Assembly (NCBI RefSeq): GCF_009914755.1
Contig: NC_060935.1
From: the human T2T-CHM13v2.0 reference genome, Homo sapiens
DNA: 64,000 bases
Direction: 5' to 3' (one strand)
Shown here one piece after another: positions 1 through 11,900 of the stretch (positions within the stretch are counted from its first letter, which is position 1; each line of letters begins with the position of its first letter). The notes under the pieces are model-generated. The model was not told the origin of the DNA and searched no databases. It saw only the letters and a program-made list of their open reading frames with translations. Both the position numbers and the translations under genes were made by a program.

Positions 1-2290
1 AAGCATTCTCAGAAACTTCTTTGTGAAGGTGCATTCAACTCACGGAGTTGAGCCTTTCTTTTGATAGAGCAGTTTTGAAACACTCTTTTTGTAGAATCTG
101 CAAGTGGATATTAGGAGCGCTTTGATGCCTAGAGTGGAAAAGAAAATATCATCACATGAAAACTAGACAGAAGCATTCTCAGAAATTTATTTGAGATCTG
201 TGCATTCAATTCACAGAGTTGCAGTTTTCTTCTGATGGAGCAGATTTGAGACACTCTTTTTCTAGAAACTGCAAGTGGATATTTGGAACGCTTTGAGGGC
301 TACAGTGGAAAAGGAAATAACTTCACATAAAAAATAGCGCTTTGAGGCCTATGGTGCATAAGGAAATATCTTCACATAAAAAGGAGACAGAAGCATTCTC
401 AGAAACTTCTTTCTGATGTGTGCATTCAACTCACAGAGTTGAACCTTTTTTTTGATAGAGCAGTGATGAAACACTCTTGTTGTAGAATCTGTAATTCCTT
501 CTTGGAGTGCTTTGAGGCCTATGGTGGAAAAAGAAATATCTTCACATAAAAACTAGACAGAAGCCTTCTCAGAAACTTCTTGGTGATGTGTGCATTAAAC
601 TCACAGAGGTGAACCTTCCTTTAGATAGAGCAGTTTTGAAACACTCCTTTTGTAGGATCTGCAAGTGGATTTTTGGAGCACTTTGAGGCCTATGGTAGAA
701 AAGTAAATATCTTCAAATAAAACCTAGACATAAGCATTCTCAGAATCTTCTTTGTGATGTGCACATTTAACTCACAGAGTTGAATCTTTCTTTTGATAGA
801 GCAGTTTTGAAACAATCTTTTTGTAGAATCATCAAGTGTATATTTGTAGGGCTTTGAGGCCTACGGTGGAAAAGGAAATATCTTCACATAAAAACTAGCA
901 GAAGCATTCTCAGAAACCTCTTTGTCACGTGTGCATTCAACTCACAGAGTTGAACTTTTCTTTTGTTAAAACAGTTTTGAAGCACTCTTTTTGTAGTATC
1001 TGCAAGTGGATATTTGGAGCCCTTTGACCCGTACTGTGGAAATGGAAATATGTTCACATAAAAACGAGACAGAGGCACTCTCAGAAACTTTTTGGAGATG
1101 TGTGCATTCAACTCACAGAGTTGAACCTTCCTTTTGATAGATCAGCTTTGAAACACTCTTTTGTTGAATCTGCAAGTGGATATTTGGAGTGCTTTGAGGC
1201 CTATGGTGGAAAAGGAAATATCTTCACATAAAAACTAGACAGAAGCATTCTCAGAAACTTCATTGTGATGTGTGCATAGAACTCACAGAGTTGAACCTAT
1301 TTTTTGATACAGCAGTTTTGTAACACTCTTTTTGTAGAATCTGCAAGTCGATATTTGGAGCGCTTTGAGACCTAGGTTGGAAAAGGAAATATCTTCACAT
1401 AAAAACTAGACAGAAACATTCTCAGAAACTTCTTTGTGATGTGTGCAATCAACTCACAGTGTTGAACCTTCCTATTGATAGATGAGTTTTGAAACACTCT
1501 TTCTGTAGAATCTGCAAGTGGATATTTGGAGCGCCTGGAATCCTATGGTAGAAAAGGAAATATCTTCACATAGAAACTGTACAGAAGCATTCTCAGAAAC
1601 ATCTATGGGATGTGTGCATTCAACTCACAGAGCTGAACCTTTCTTTTGATAGAGCAGTTTTGAAATATTCTTTCTGTGGAATCTGCAGGTGGATATTTGG
1701 AGTGCTTTGAGGCCTGTGGTGGAAAAGGAAATATCTTCACCTAAAAACTATAGAGAAGCATTCTCAGAAACTTCTTTGTGATGTGTGCATTCAACTCACA
1801 GAGTTGAACATTTCTTTTGATAGAGTAGTTTTGAAACACTCTTTCTGTAGAAACTGCTAGTGGATATTTGGAGTGCTTTGAGGCCTATGGTGGAAAAGGA
1901 AATATCTTCACATAAAAACTAGATAGAAGTATTCTCAGAAACTTCTTTGTGATGGGTGCATTCAGTTCACAGAGTTGAACCTTCCTTTTGATACAGCCGT
2001 TTTGAAACACTCTTTTTGTGTAATCTGCAAGTGGATTTTTTGAACGTTTTGAAACCTGCGGTGGAAATGAAAATATCTTCACATAAAAACTGGACAGAAG
2101 CCTTCTCAGAAACTTCTTTTAGATGTTTGCATTCAAGTCACAGGGTTGAACCTTTCTTTTGATAGAGCACTTTTGAAACTCTTTTTGTAGAATCTGCAAG
2201 TGGACATTTGTATCGCTTTGAAGGATGTGGTAGAAAAGGAAATATGTTCACATAGAAACTAGACAGAAGCATTCTCAGAAACTTCTGTGA
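1..2290 (+). repeat. A-type alpha monomers (SF4/Ga-like layer), segment 1
   Basis: GATAGAGCAG variant and pJalpha-type box CTATGGTGGAAAAGGAA, no CENP-B boxes. The layer name is inferred and the boundary is approximate. Confidence 0.55.
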
Positions 2291-5200
2291 AATGAGTGCA
2301 TTCAATTCACAGTGTTAAACCTTTCTTTTGATTAAGAAGTTTGGAAACAATCTTTCTGTAGAAACTGCAAATGGATACTTGGAGCGCTTTTTGGCCTATA
2401 GCTGAAAAGGAAATATCTTCACATAAAAACGAGACAGAAGCATTCTGAGAAACTGTTTTGTGATGTGTGCATTAATCTCACAGAGTTGAACCTTTCTTTT
2501 GATTAAGAAATTTTGAAACACTCTATTTTTGGAAACTGCAAGTGGATATTTGGGGTGCTTTGAGGCCTAAGGTGGAAACGGAAATATCTTCACATAAAAA
2601 CTAGACAGAAGCATTCTCAGAAACTTCTTTGTGATGTGTACATTCAACTCTCGGAGTTGAACTTTTCTTTTGTTTGAGCAGTTTGGAAACACTCTTTTTG
2701 TAGTAAATGCAAATGGATACTTGGAGCCCTTAGAGGCCTTATAGCTGAAAAGGGAATATCTTCATATAATAACTAGACAGAAGCACTCTGAGAAAGTTCC
2801 TTGTGATGTGTGCATTCATCTCACAGAGTTGGACCCTTCTTTTTATTTAGAAGATTTGAAATAGTCTTTTTGTAGAATCTGCAAGTGGATATTTGTAGAG
2901 CTTTGAGGCCTATGGTGGAAAAGGGAATATCTTCCATAAAAACTAGACAGAAGTATTCTCAGAAACTTCTTTTTGACGTGTGCATTCAACATTCAGAGTT
3001 GAAATTTTTTTTGATTGAGCAGTTTGGAAACACTCTTTTTGTAGTAACTGCAATTGGATATTTGGAAGGCTTTCAGACCTATAGCTAAAAAGGAAATATC
3101 TTCATATAGTAACTAGACAGAAGCAACCTGAGAAACTTCTTTGTGTGCATTCATCTCACAGAGTTGAACCTTTCTTTTGATTGAGAAGTTTTGAAACACT
3201 CTTTTTGTACAATCGCAAGTGGATAATTTGAGCACGTTGATGCCTATGGTGGAAAAGGAATTATCTTCACATAAAAACTAGACAGAAGCATTCTGAGAAA
3301 CTTCTTTGTTATGTGCGCATTTATCACACAGATTTGAAAATTTCTTTTGATTGAGCAGTTTGGAAACACTCTTTTTCTACAATCTGCAAGTGGATATTTG
3401 GAGTGCTTTGATGTCTATGTTTAAAAAGAAAATATCTTCACATAGAAACTAGACAGAAGCATTCTCAGAAATTTCTTTGTGATGTGAGCATTCAACTCTC
3501 AGAGGTGAACATTTCTTTTAATTGAGCATTTTGGAAACACACTTTTATTAGTAACTGCAAATGGATATATGGAGCGCTTTGAGGAATGTATCTGAAGAGG
3601 AAATATCTTCATATAAAAACTACACTGAAACATTCTGAGAAACTTCTTTGTTATGTGTGCATTCACCTCACAGAGTTGAACCATTCTTTTGACTGAGAAG
3701 TTTTGAAAAACTCTTTTTGTAGAATCTGCAAGTGCATATTTGGAGTGCTTTGAGGCCTATGGTGGAAAAGGAAATATCTTCACATAAAAACAAGACAGAA
3801 GGATTCTGAGAAACTTATTTGTGATGTGTGCATTCACCTCACGGAGTTGAACCTTTCTTTTGATTGAGCACTTTTGAAACACTCTTTTTATAGAACCTGC
3901 AAGTGGATATTTGGACTGCTTAGAGGCCGATAGTGGAAAAGAAACATGTTCACATAAAAACTAGACAGAAGAATTCTGAGAAACTTCTTTGTGATGTATT
4001 CATTCAACTCACATAGTTCAACCTTTCTTTTGATTGAGCAGTTTGAAAACACTCTTTTTGTAGAATCTGCAAGTGGATATTTGGAGAGCTTTGAGGGCTA
4101 TGTTGGAAAAGAAATTTTCTGCACATAAAAACTAGACAGAAACATTCTCAGAAACTTCTTTGTGATGTGCGCATTCATCTCACAGAGTTGAACCTTTCTT
4201 TTGATTGAGAAGTTTTTAAACACTCTTTTTGTAGATTCTGCAAGTGGATATTTGGAGTGCTTTGAGACCTATGGTGGAAAAGGAAATATCTTCACATAGA
4301 AGCTGGACAGAAGCATTCTCAGAAACTACTTTGTGATGTGTGCATTTAACTCTCACAGTTGAACCTTTCTTTTGATTGAGCAGTTTGGAAACACTCTTTT
4401 TGTAGTAACTACTAATGGATATTTGGAGCTCTTTGAGGCCTACAGCTGAAAAGGAAGTATCTTCACATAAAAACTAGACAGAAACATTCTGAGAAACTTC
4501 TATGTGATGTGTGTATTCATCTCAAATATTTGAACCTTTCTTTTGATTGAGCAACTTGAAAAACACTTTTTGTAGTATCTGCAAGTGGATATTTGGAGCA
4601 CTTTGAGGCCTATGTTGGAAAAGGAAATAACTTCACATAAAAAGTAGACAGAAGCATTCTCAGAAACAACTTTCTGCTGTGGGCATTTAACTCTTAGAGT
4701 TGAACTTTTCTTTTGATTGAGCAGTTTGGAAACACTCTTTTTGTAGTAACTGCAAAGGATATTTGCATCACTTTGAAGCCTATAGCTGGAAAGGAAATAT
4801 CTTCATATAAAAACTACACAGAAACATTCTGAGAAACTTCTTTGTTATGTTTGCATTCATGTCACAGAGTTGAACCATTCTTTTGATTCAGAAGTTTTGA
4901 AACACTCTTTTTTAGTAAGTGAAAATGGATATTTGGAGCACTTTGAGTCCTAGAGCTGAAAAGGAAATATCTTCATATAAAAACTACACAGAAGCATTCT
5001 GAGAAACTTATTTGATATGTATGCATTCAAGGTAAAGAGTTAAAATGTTCTTTCCATTGAGAAGTTTTGAAACACTCTTTTTGTAGAAGCTGAAAGTGGA
5101 TATTTGGAGTGCTTTGAGGCCAATGGTGGAAAAGAAAATATCTTCATAAAGAAACTAGACAGAAGCATTCTGAGAAACTTCTTTGTTATGTGTGCATTCA

Positions 5201-6222
5201 ACTCACAGATTTGAACCTTTCTTTTATTATAGCAGTTTTGAGACACACTTTTTCCAGAAACTGCAAGTGGATATTTGGAGCACTTTGAGGCCTACGGTGG
5301 AAAAGGAAATACCTTCACTTAAAAACTAGACAGAAGCATTCTCAGAAACTTCCTTGTGATGTGTGCATTCAACTCACAGAGTTGAACCTTCCTTTTGATA
5401 GAGCAGTTTTGTAACACTCTTTCTGAAGAATCCACAAGAGGATATTTGGAGCGCTTTGAGGCCTACAGTGGAAAAGGAAATATGTTCACATAAAAAATAC
5501 ACTGAAGCATTCTCAGAAACTTCTTTGTGATGTGGGCATTCAACTGACAGAGTTGAGCCTTTCTTTTGATGGAGCAGTTTTGGGACACTCTTTTTATAGA
5601 ATCAGCAAGAGGATATTTGGAGCACTTTGAGGCCTACATTTGAAAAGGAATTACCTTCAAATAAAAATTAGACAGAAGCATTCTCAGAAACTACTTTGAG
5701 ATGTGTGGACTCAACTTACAGAGTTGAACTTTTCTTTTGATATAGCAGTTTTGAAACACTCTTTTTGTACAATCTGCAAGTGGATATTTGGAGAGCTTTG
5801 ATGCCTATGGTGGAAAAGGAAATATCTTCACAAAAAAACTAGACAGAAGCATTCTCAGAGATATTTGGACCGCTTTGAGGCCTACGGTGGAAAAGGAAAT
5901 ATCTTCACATATGAACTAGACAGAAACATTCTCAGGAACTTGTTTGTGATGTGTGCTTTCAACTCGCATGTTTGAACCTTCCTTTTGATAGAGCAGTTTT
6001 GAAATACTCTTTTTGTACAATCTGCAAGTGGATATTTGGAACGGTTTGAGGCCTATGGTGGAAAAGGAAATGTCTTCACATAAAAACTAGATAGAAGCAT
6101 TGTCAGAAACTTCTTTGTGATGTGTGCACTCAACTCACAGAGTTGAACCTTTCTTTTGATAGAGCAGTTTTGAGACACTCTTTTGTAGAATCTGCAAGTG
6201 GATATTTGGACCGCTTTGAGTC

Positions 6223-6239
6223 CTTCGTTGGAAACGGGA
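6223..6239 (+). other. CENP-B box (perfect, isolated)
   Basis: CTTCGTTGGAAACGGGA matches NTTCGNNNNANNCGGGN. Confidence 0.95.
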
Positions 6240-8961
6240 ATATCTTCACAAAAAAACTAGACAGAAGCTTTCTCAGAAACTTCTTTGTGATGTGTCCATT
6301 CAACTCTCAGAGTTGAAGCTTTCTTTTGATTGAGGAGTTTGGAAACACTTTTTTTGTAGCAACTGCAAATGGATATTTAGAGCACTTTGTGGCTTATATT
6401 TGAAAAGGAAACATCTCCACATAAAAACTAGACAGAAGCATTCCAAGAAACTTCCTTACAATGTGTGGATTCATCTCACAGATTTCATCCTTTCTTTGGA
6501 TTGAGCAGTTTTGAAACACTCTTTTGGTAGAATCTGTAAGTGGATATTTTGAGCGCCTTGATTCCTATGGTGGAAAAGGAAATATCTTCAAATAAAAAAT
6601 AGAGAGAAGCATTCTCAGAAACTTCTTTGTGATGACGGCATTCAACTCTCAGAGTTGAATCTTTCTTTTGATTGAGCATTTTAAAAATCTCTTTTTGTAG
6701 TAACTGCAAAGGGATATTTGGCACGCTTTGAGGCCTGTAGTTGAAAATGAAATATCTACACATAAAAACTAGACAGAAGCATTCTGAGAAACTTCTTCAT
6801 GATGTGTGCATTCACTTCACCGTGTTAAACCTTTCTTTTGATTGGGCAGTTTTGACACACTCTTTTTGTAGAATCTGATGTTGGATATTTGGAGTGCTTT
6901 GAGGCCTATGGTGAAAAAGGAAATATCTTCACATAGAAACTAGACAGAAGCATTCTCAGAAACTTCTTTGGGATGAGTGCATTCAATTCACAGAGTTGAA
7001 CCTTTCTTTTGATTGAGCAGTTTGGAAACAATCTTTTTGTAGTAACTACAAATGGATACTTGGAGCGCTTTGAGGCCTATAGCTTAAAAGGAAATATCTT
7101 CACATAAAAACTAGACAGAAGCATTCTGAGAAACTTCTTTGTGATGTGTGCATTAATCTCACAGAGTTGAACCTTTCTTTTGGTTAAGAAGTTTTGAAAC
7201 ACTCTTTTTTTGGAAACTGCAAGTGGATATTTGGAGCGCTTTGAGGCCTATGGTGGAAAAGGAAATATCTTTACATAAAAACTAGACAGAAGCATTCTCA
7301 GAAACTTCTTTGTGATGTGTGCATTCAACTCTCAGAGTTGAACTTCTCTTTTGTTTGAGCATTTTGGGAACACTCTTTCTGTAGTAACTGCAAATGGATA
7401 TTTGGAGCCCTTTGAGGTCTATAGCTGAAAAGGGAATATCTTCATATAATAACTAGACAGAAGCACTCTGAGTGAGTTCTTTGTGATGTGTGCATTCATC
7501 TCACAGAGTTGAACCTTTCTTTTGATTGAGAAGTTTTGAAACACTCTTTTTGTACAATTGCAAGTGGATATTTGGAGGGCCTTGATGCCTATGGTGGAAA
7601 AGGAAATATCTTCACATTACAACTAGACAGAAGCATTCTGAGAAACTTCTTTGTTATGTTCACATTTATCTCACAGATTTGAACCTTTCTTTTGATTGAG
7701 CAGTTTGGAAACACTCTTTTTCTACAATCTGCAAGTGGATATTTGGAGTTCTTTGAGACCTATGTTTTAAAAGAAAATATCTTCACATAGAACCTAGACA
7801 GAAGCATTCTCAGAAATTTCTTTGTGATGTGGGCATTCAACTCTCAGAAGTGAATCTTTCTTTTGATTGAGCATTTTGGAAGCAATCTTTTATTAGTAAC
7901 TGCAAATGGATATATGGAGCGCTTTGAGGAATGTATCTGAAAAGGAAATATCTTCATATATAAACTACTCTGAAGCATTCTGAGAAGCTTCTTTGTTATG
8001 TGTGCATTCACCTCACAGAGTTGAACCATTCTTTTGACTGAGAAGTTTTGAAGAACTCTTTTTGTAGAATCTGCAAGTGTATATTTGGAGTGCTTTGAGG
8101 CCTATGGTGGAAAAGGAAATATCTTCACATAAAAACAAGACAGAAGGATTCTGAGAAACTTATTTGTGATGTGTGCATTCACCTCACGGAGTTGAACCTT
8201 TCTTTTGATTGAGCACTTTTGAAACACTCTTTTTGTAGAATCTGCAAGTGGATATTTGGAGTGCTTTGTGGCCAACGGTGGAAAAGAAACATGTTCACAT
8301 AAAAACGAGACAGAAGAATTCTGAGAAACTTCTTTGTGATGTGTTCATTCAACTCACGTAGTTCAACCTTTCTTTTGATTGAGCAGTTTGAAAACACTCT
8401 TTCTGTAGAATCTGCAAGTGGATATTTGGAGCGCTTTGAGGCCTATGGTGGAAAAGAAAATTTCTGCACATAAAAACTAGACAGAAACATTCTGAGAAAC
8501 TTCTTTGTGATGTGTGCATTCATCTCACAGAGTTGAACCTTTCTTTTGATTGAGAAGTTTTCAAACACTCTTTTCGTAGATTCTGCAAGTGGATATTTGG
8601 AGTGCTTTGAGACCTATGGAGGAAAAGGAAATATCTTCACATAGAAGCTGGACGGAAGCATTCTCAGAAACTACTTTGTGATGTGTGCATTTAACTCTCG
8701 CAGTTGAACATTTCCTTTGCTTGAGCAGTTTGGAAACACTCTTTTTGTAGTAACTGCAAATGGATACGTGCATCACTTTGAAGCGTATATCTGAGAAGGA
8801 AATATCTTCATATAAAAACTACTCAGAATCATTCTGAGAAACTTCTTTGTTATGTGTGCATTCATATCACAGTCTTAAACAATTCTTTTGATTCAGAAGT
8901 TTTGGAACACTCTTTTTGTAGTAAGTGCAAATGGATATTTGGAGCACTTTGAGTCCTCCAA

Positions 8962-8978
8962 ATATATATATATATATA
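8962..8978. repeat. (AT)n microsatellite inside an alpha monomer
   Basis: ATATATATATATATATA, part of an 18-nt insertion relative to the paralogous monomer at ~4945. Confidence 0.95.
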
Positions 8979-11900
8979 GCTGAAAAGGAAATATCTTCAT
9001 ATAAAAACTTGACAGAAGAATTCTGAGAAACTTCTTTGATATGTGTGCATTCAAGGCAAAGAGTTGAAATATTCTTTTGATTGAGAAGTATTGAAACACT
9101 CTTTTTGTAGAACCTGCAAGTGGATATTTGGAGTGCTTTGAGGCCAATGGTCGAAAGAAAATATCTTCACAAAGAAACTAGACAGAAGCATTTTCTGAAA
9201 CTTCTTTGTTATGTGTGCATTCAACTCTCATAGTTGAACCTTTCTTTTGATTGAGCAGTTTGGACACACTTTTTTTGTAGTAACTGCAAATGGATACTTG
9301 GGGTGCTTTGACGACAATAGCTGAAACGGAAATATCTGCACTTAAAAACTACACAGAAGCATTCTGAGAAACTTCTTTGTGATGTGTGGATTCATCACAC
9401 AGACTTTTAACTATCTTTGATTGAGCAGTTTTGAGACACACTTTTTGTAGAATCTGCAGGTGGATATTTTGAGCACTTTGAGGCCTATGTTGGAAAAGGA
9501 AATATCTTAGCATAAAAACTAGACAGAAGCATTCTCAGAAACTTCTTTGTGATGTGTGCATTCAACTCTCAGAGTCGAAGTTTTCTTTTGATTGAGCAGT
9601 TTGGAAACACTCTTTTAGTAAGAACTGCAAATGTCTATTAGGAACACTATGTGACCTAGAGCGAAGAGAAAATATCTTCATATAATAAGTAGACGGAAGC
9701 ATTCTGAGAAACTTCTTTGTGATGTGTTCGTTCATCTCACAGAGTTGAACATTTCTTTTGATTGGGAAGTTTTGAAACACTCTTTTTGTAGAATCTGCAA
9801 GTGGATATTGGGAGTGCTTTGAGGCCTATTGTGGAAAAGGAAATGTCTTCACATAAAAACTAGACCGAAGCATTCTCAGAAACTTCTTTGTGATGTGTGC
9901 ATTCAACTCATAAAGATGAACCTTTCTTTCACTTGCGCAGCTTGGAGACACTCTTTTTGTAGTAACTTCAAGTGGATATTTGAAGCGGTTTGAGGCCTAC
10001 AGCAGAAAAGGAAATATATTCACATAAAAAGTAGACAGAAGAATTCTGAGAAACTTCTTTGGGATGTGTGCATTCACCTTACAGAGTGGAAACTTTCTTT
10101 TGATTGAGAAATTTTAAAACACTCATTTGTAGAATCTGTAAGTGGGTATTTGGAGCACTTTGAGGCCTATGGTGGAAAAGGAAATATCTTCTCATAAAAA
10201 CTAGACAGAAGAATTCTGAGAAACTTCTTTGTGATGTGTGCATTCAACAGTCAGGAATGAAAATTTCTTTTGATTGGGCAGTTTGGAAACACTCCCTTTG
10301 TTGTAACTATAAATGGATGTTTGGAGCACTTAGAGGCCTATAGCTGAAAAAGAAGTATCTTCACATAAAAACTATACAGAAGCATTCTGCGAAAATTCTT
10401 TGAAATGGGTGTATTCATATCACAGATTTGAACCTTTCTTTTGATTGAGAAGGTTTGAAACACTCTTTTTGTAGAATCTCCAAATGTATATTTGGAGCGC
10501 TTTGTGGCCTGTGGTTGAAAAGGAAATATCTTCACATAAAAACTCTACAGAAGCATTCTCAGAAACTTCTTTGTGATGTGTGCATTCAACTCAAAGAGGT
10601 GAAATTTTCTTTTGATTGAGCAACATGGAAACACTCTTTTTGTAGAATCTGCAAGTGGATATTTGGAGCGCTTTGAGGCCAATGGTTGAAAAGGAAATAT
10701 CTTCAGAAAGAACTACAGAGAATCATTCTGAGAAACTTCTTTGTGATGTGTGCATTCATCTCACAGAGTTGAACCTTTCTTTTGATTGAGCAGTTTAGAA
10801 ACACTCTTTTGGTAGAATCTGCAAGTGGATATTTGGAGTGCCTTGAGGCCTATGGTGGATAAGGAAATATCTTCACATAAAAACCAGATAGAAGCATTCT
10901 GAGAAACTTTCTGCATGTGCGCTTTTGTCTCACAGAGTTGAACCCTTCTTTTGATTGCGCAGTTTTGAAACACTCTTTTTGTAGAATCTGCAAGTGGACA
11001 TTTGGAACGCTTTGAGGCCTATGGTGGAAAAGGAAATATCTTCACATAGAAACTAGACAGAAGCATTCTAAGAAACTTCTTTGTGATTAGTGCATTGAAT
11101 TCACAGAGTTGAACCTTTCATTTGATTGAGCAGTTTGGAAGCACTTTTTGTCGTAACTGCAAATGGATATTTGGAGCTCTTTGAGGCCTATAGCTGAAAA
11201 GGAAATATCTTCACATAAAAACTAGACAGAAGCATTCTCAGAAACTCCTTTGTGATGTGTGCATTCAACTCTCAGAGTTGAACTTTTCTTTTGATAGAGC
11301 AGTTAGGAAACAATCTTTTTGTAGAATCTGCATGTGGATATTTGGAGTGCTTTGAGGCCAATGGTGGAAAAGGAAATATCTTCACATAGAACCTAGACAG
11401 AAGCATTCTCAGAAACTTCTTTGCGATGAGTGCATTCAACTCACAAAGTTGAACATTTCTTTTGATTGAGCAGTTTGGAAACACTCTTTTTGTAGAATCT
11501 GTAAGTGCCTATTTGGAGTGCTTTGAGGCCTATGGTGGAAAAGGAAATATCTTCACATTAAAATTAGACAGGAGCATTCTGAGAAAGTTGTTTGTGATGT
11601 TCGCATTCATCTCACAGAGTTGCACCTTTCTTTTGATTGAACAGTTTTGAAACACACTTTTTGTAGAATCTGCAAGTGGATGTTTGTAGTGCTTTCAGGC
11701 CTATGGTGGAAAAGGAAATATCTTCACAAAGGAACAAGACAGAAGCATTCTCACAAACTTCTTTGTGATGTGTGCATTCAACTCCTGAGTTGAACCTTTC
11801 TTTAGATTGAGCAGTTTAGAAACACTCTTTTTGTAGTAACAGAAAATGGATATTTGGAGTACTTTGATGACTATAGCTGAAACGGAAATATCTACACCTA

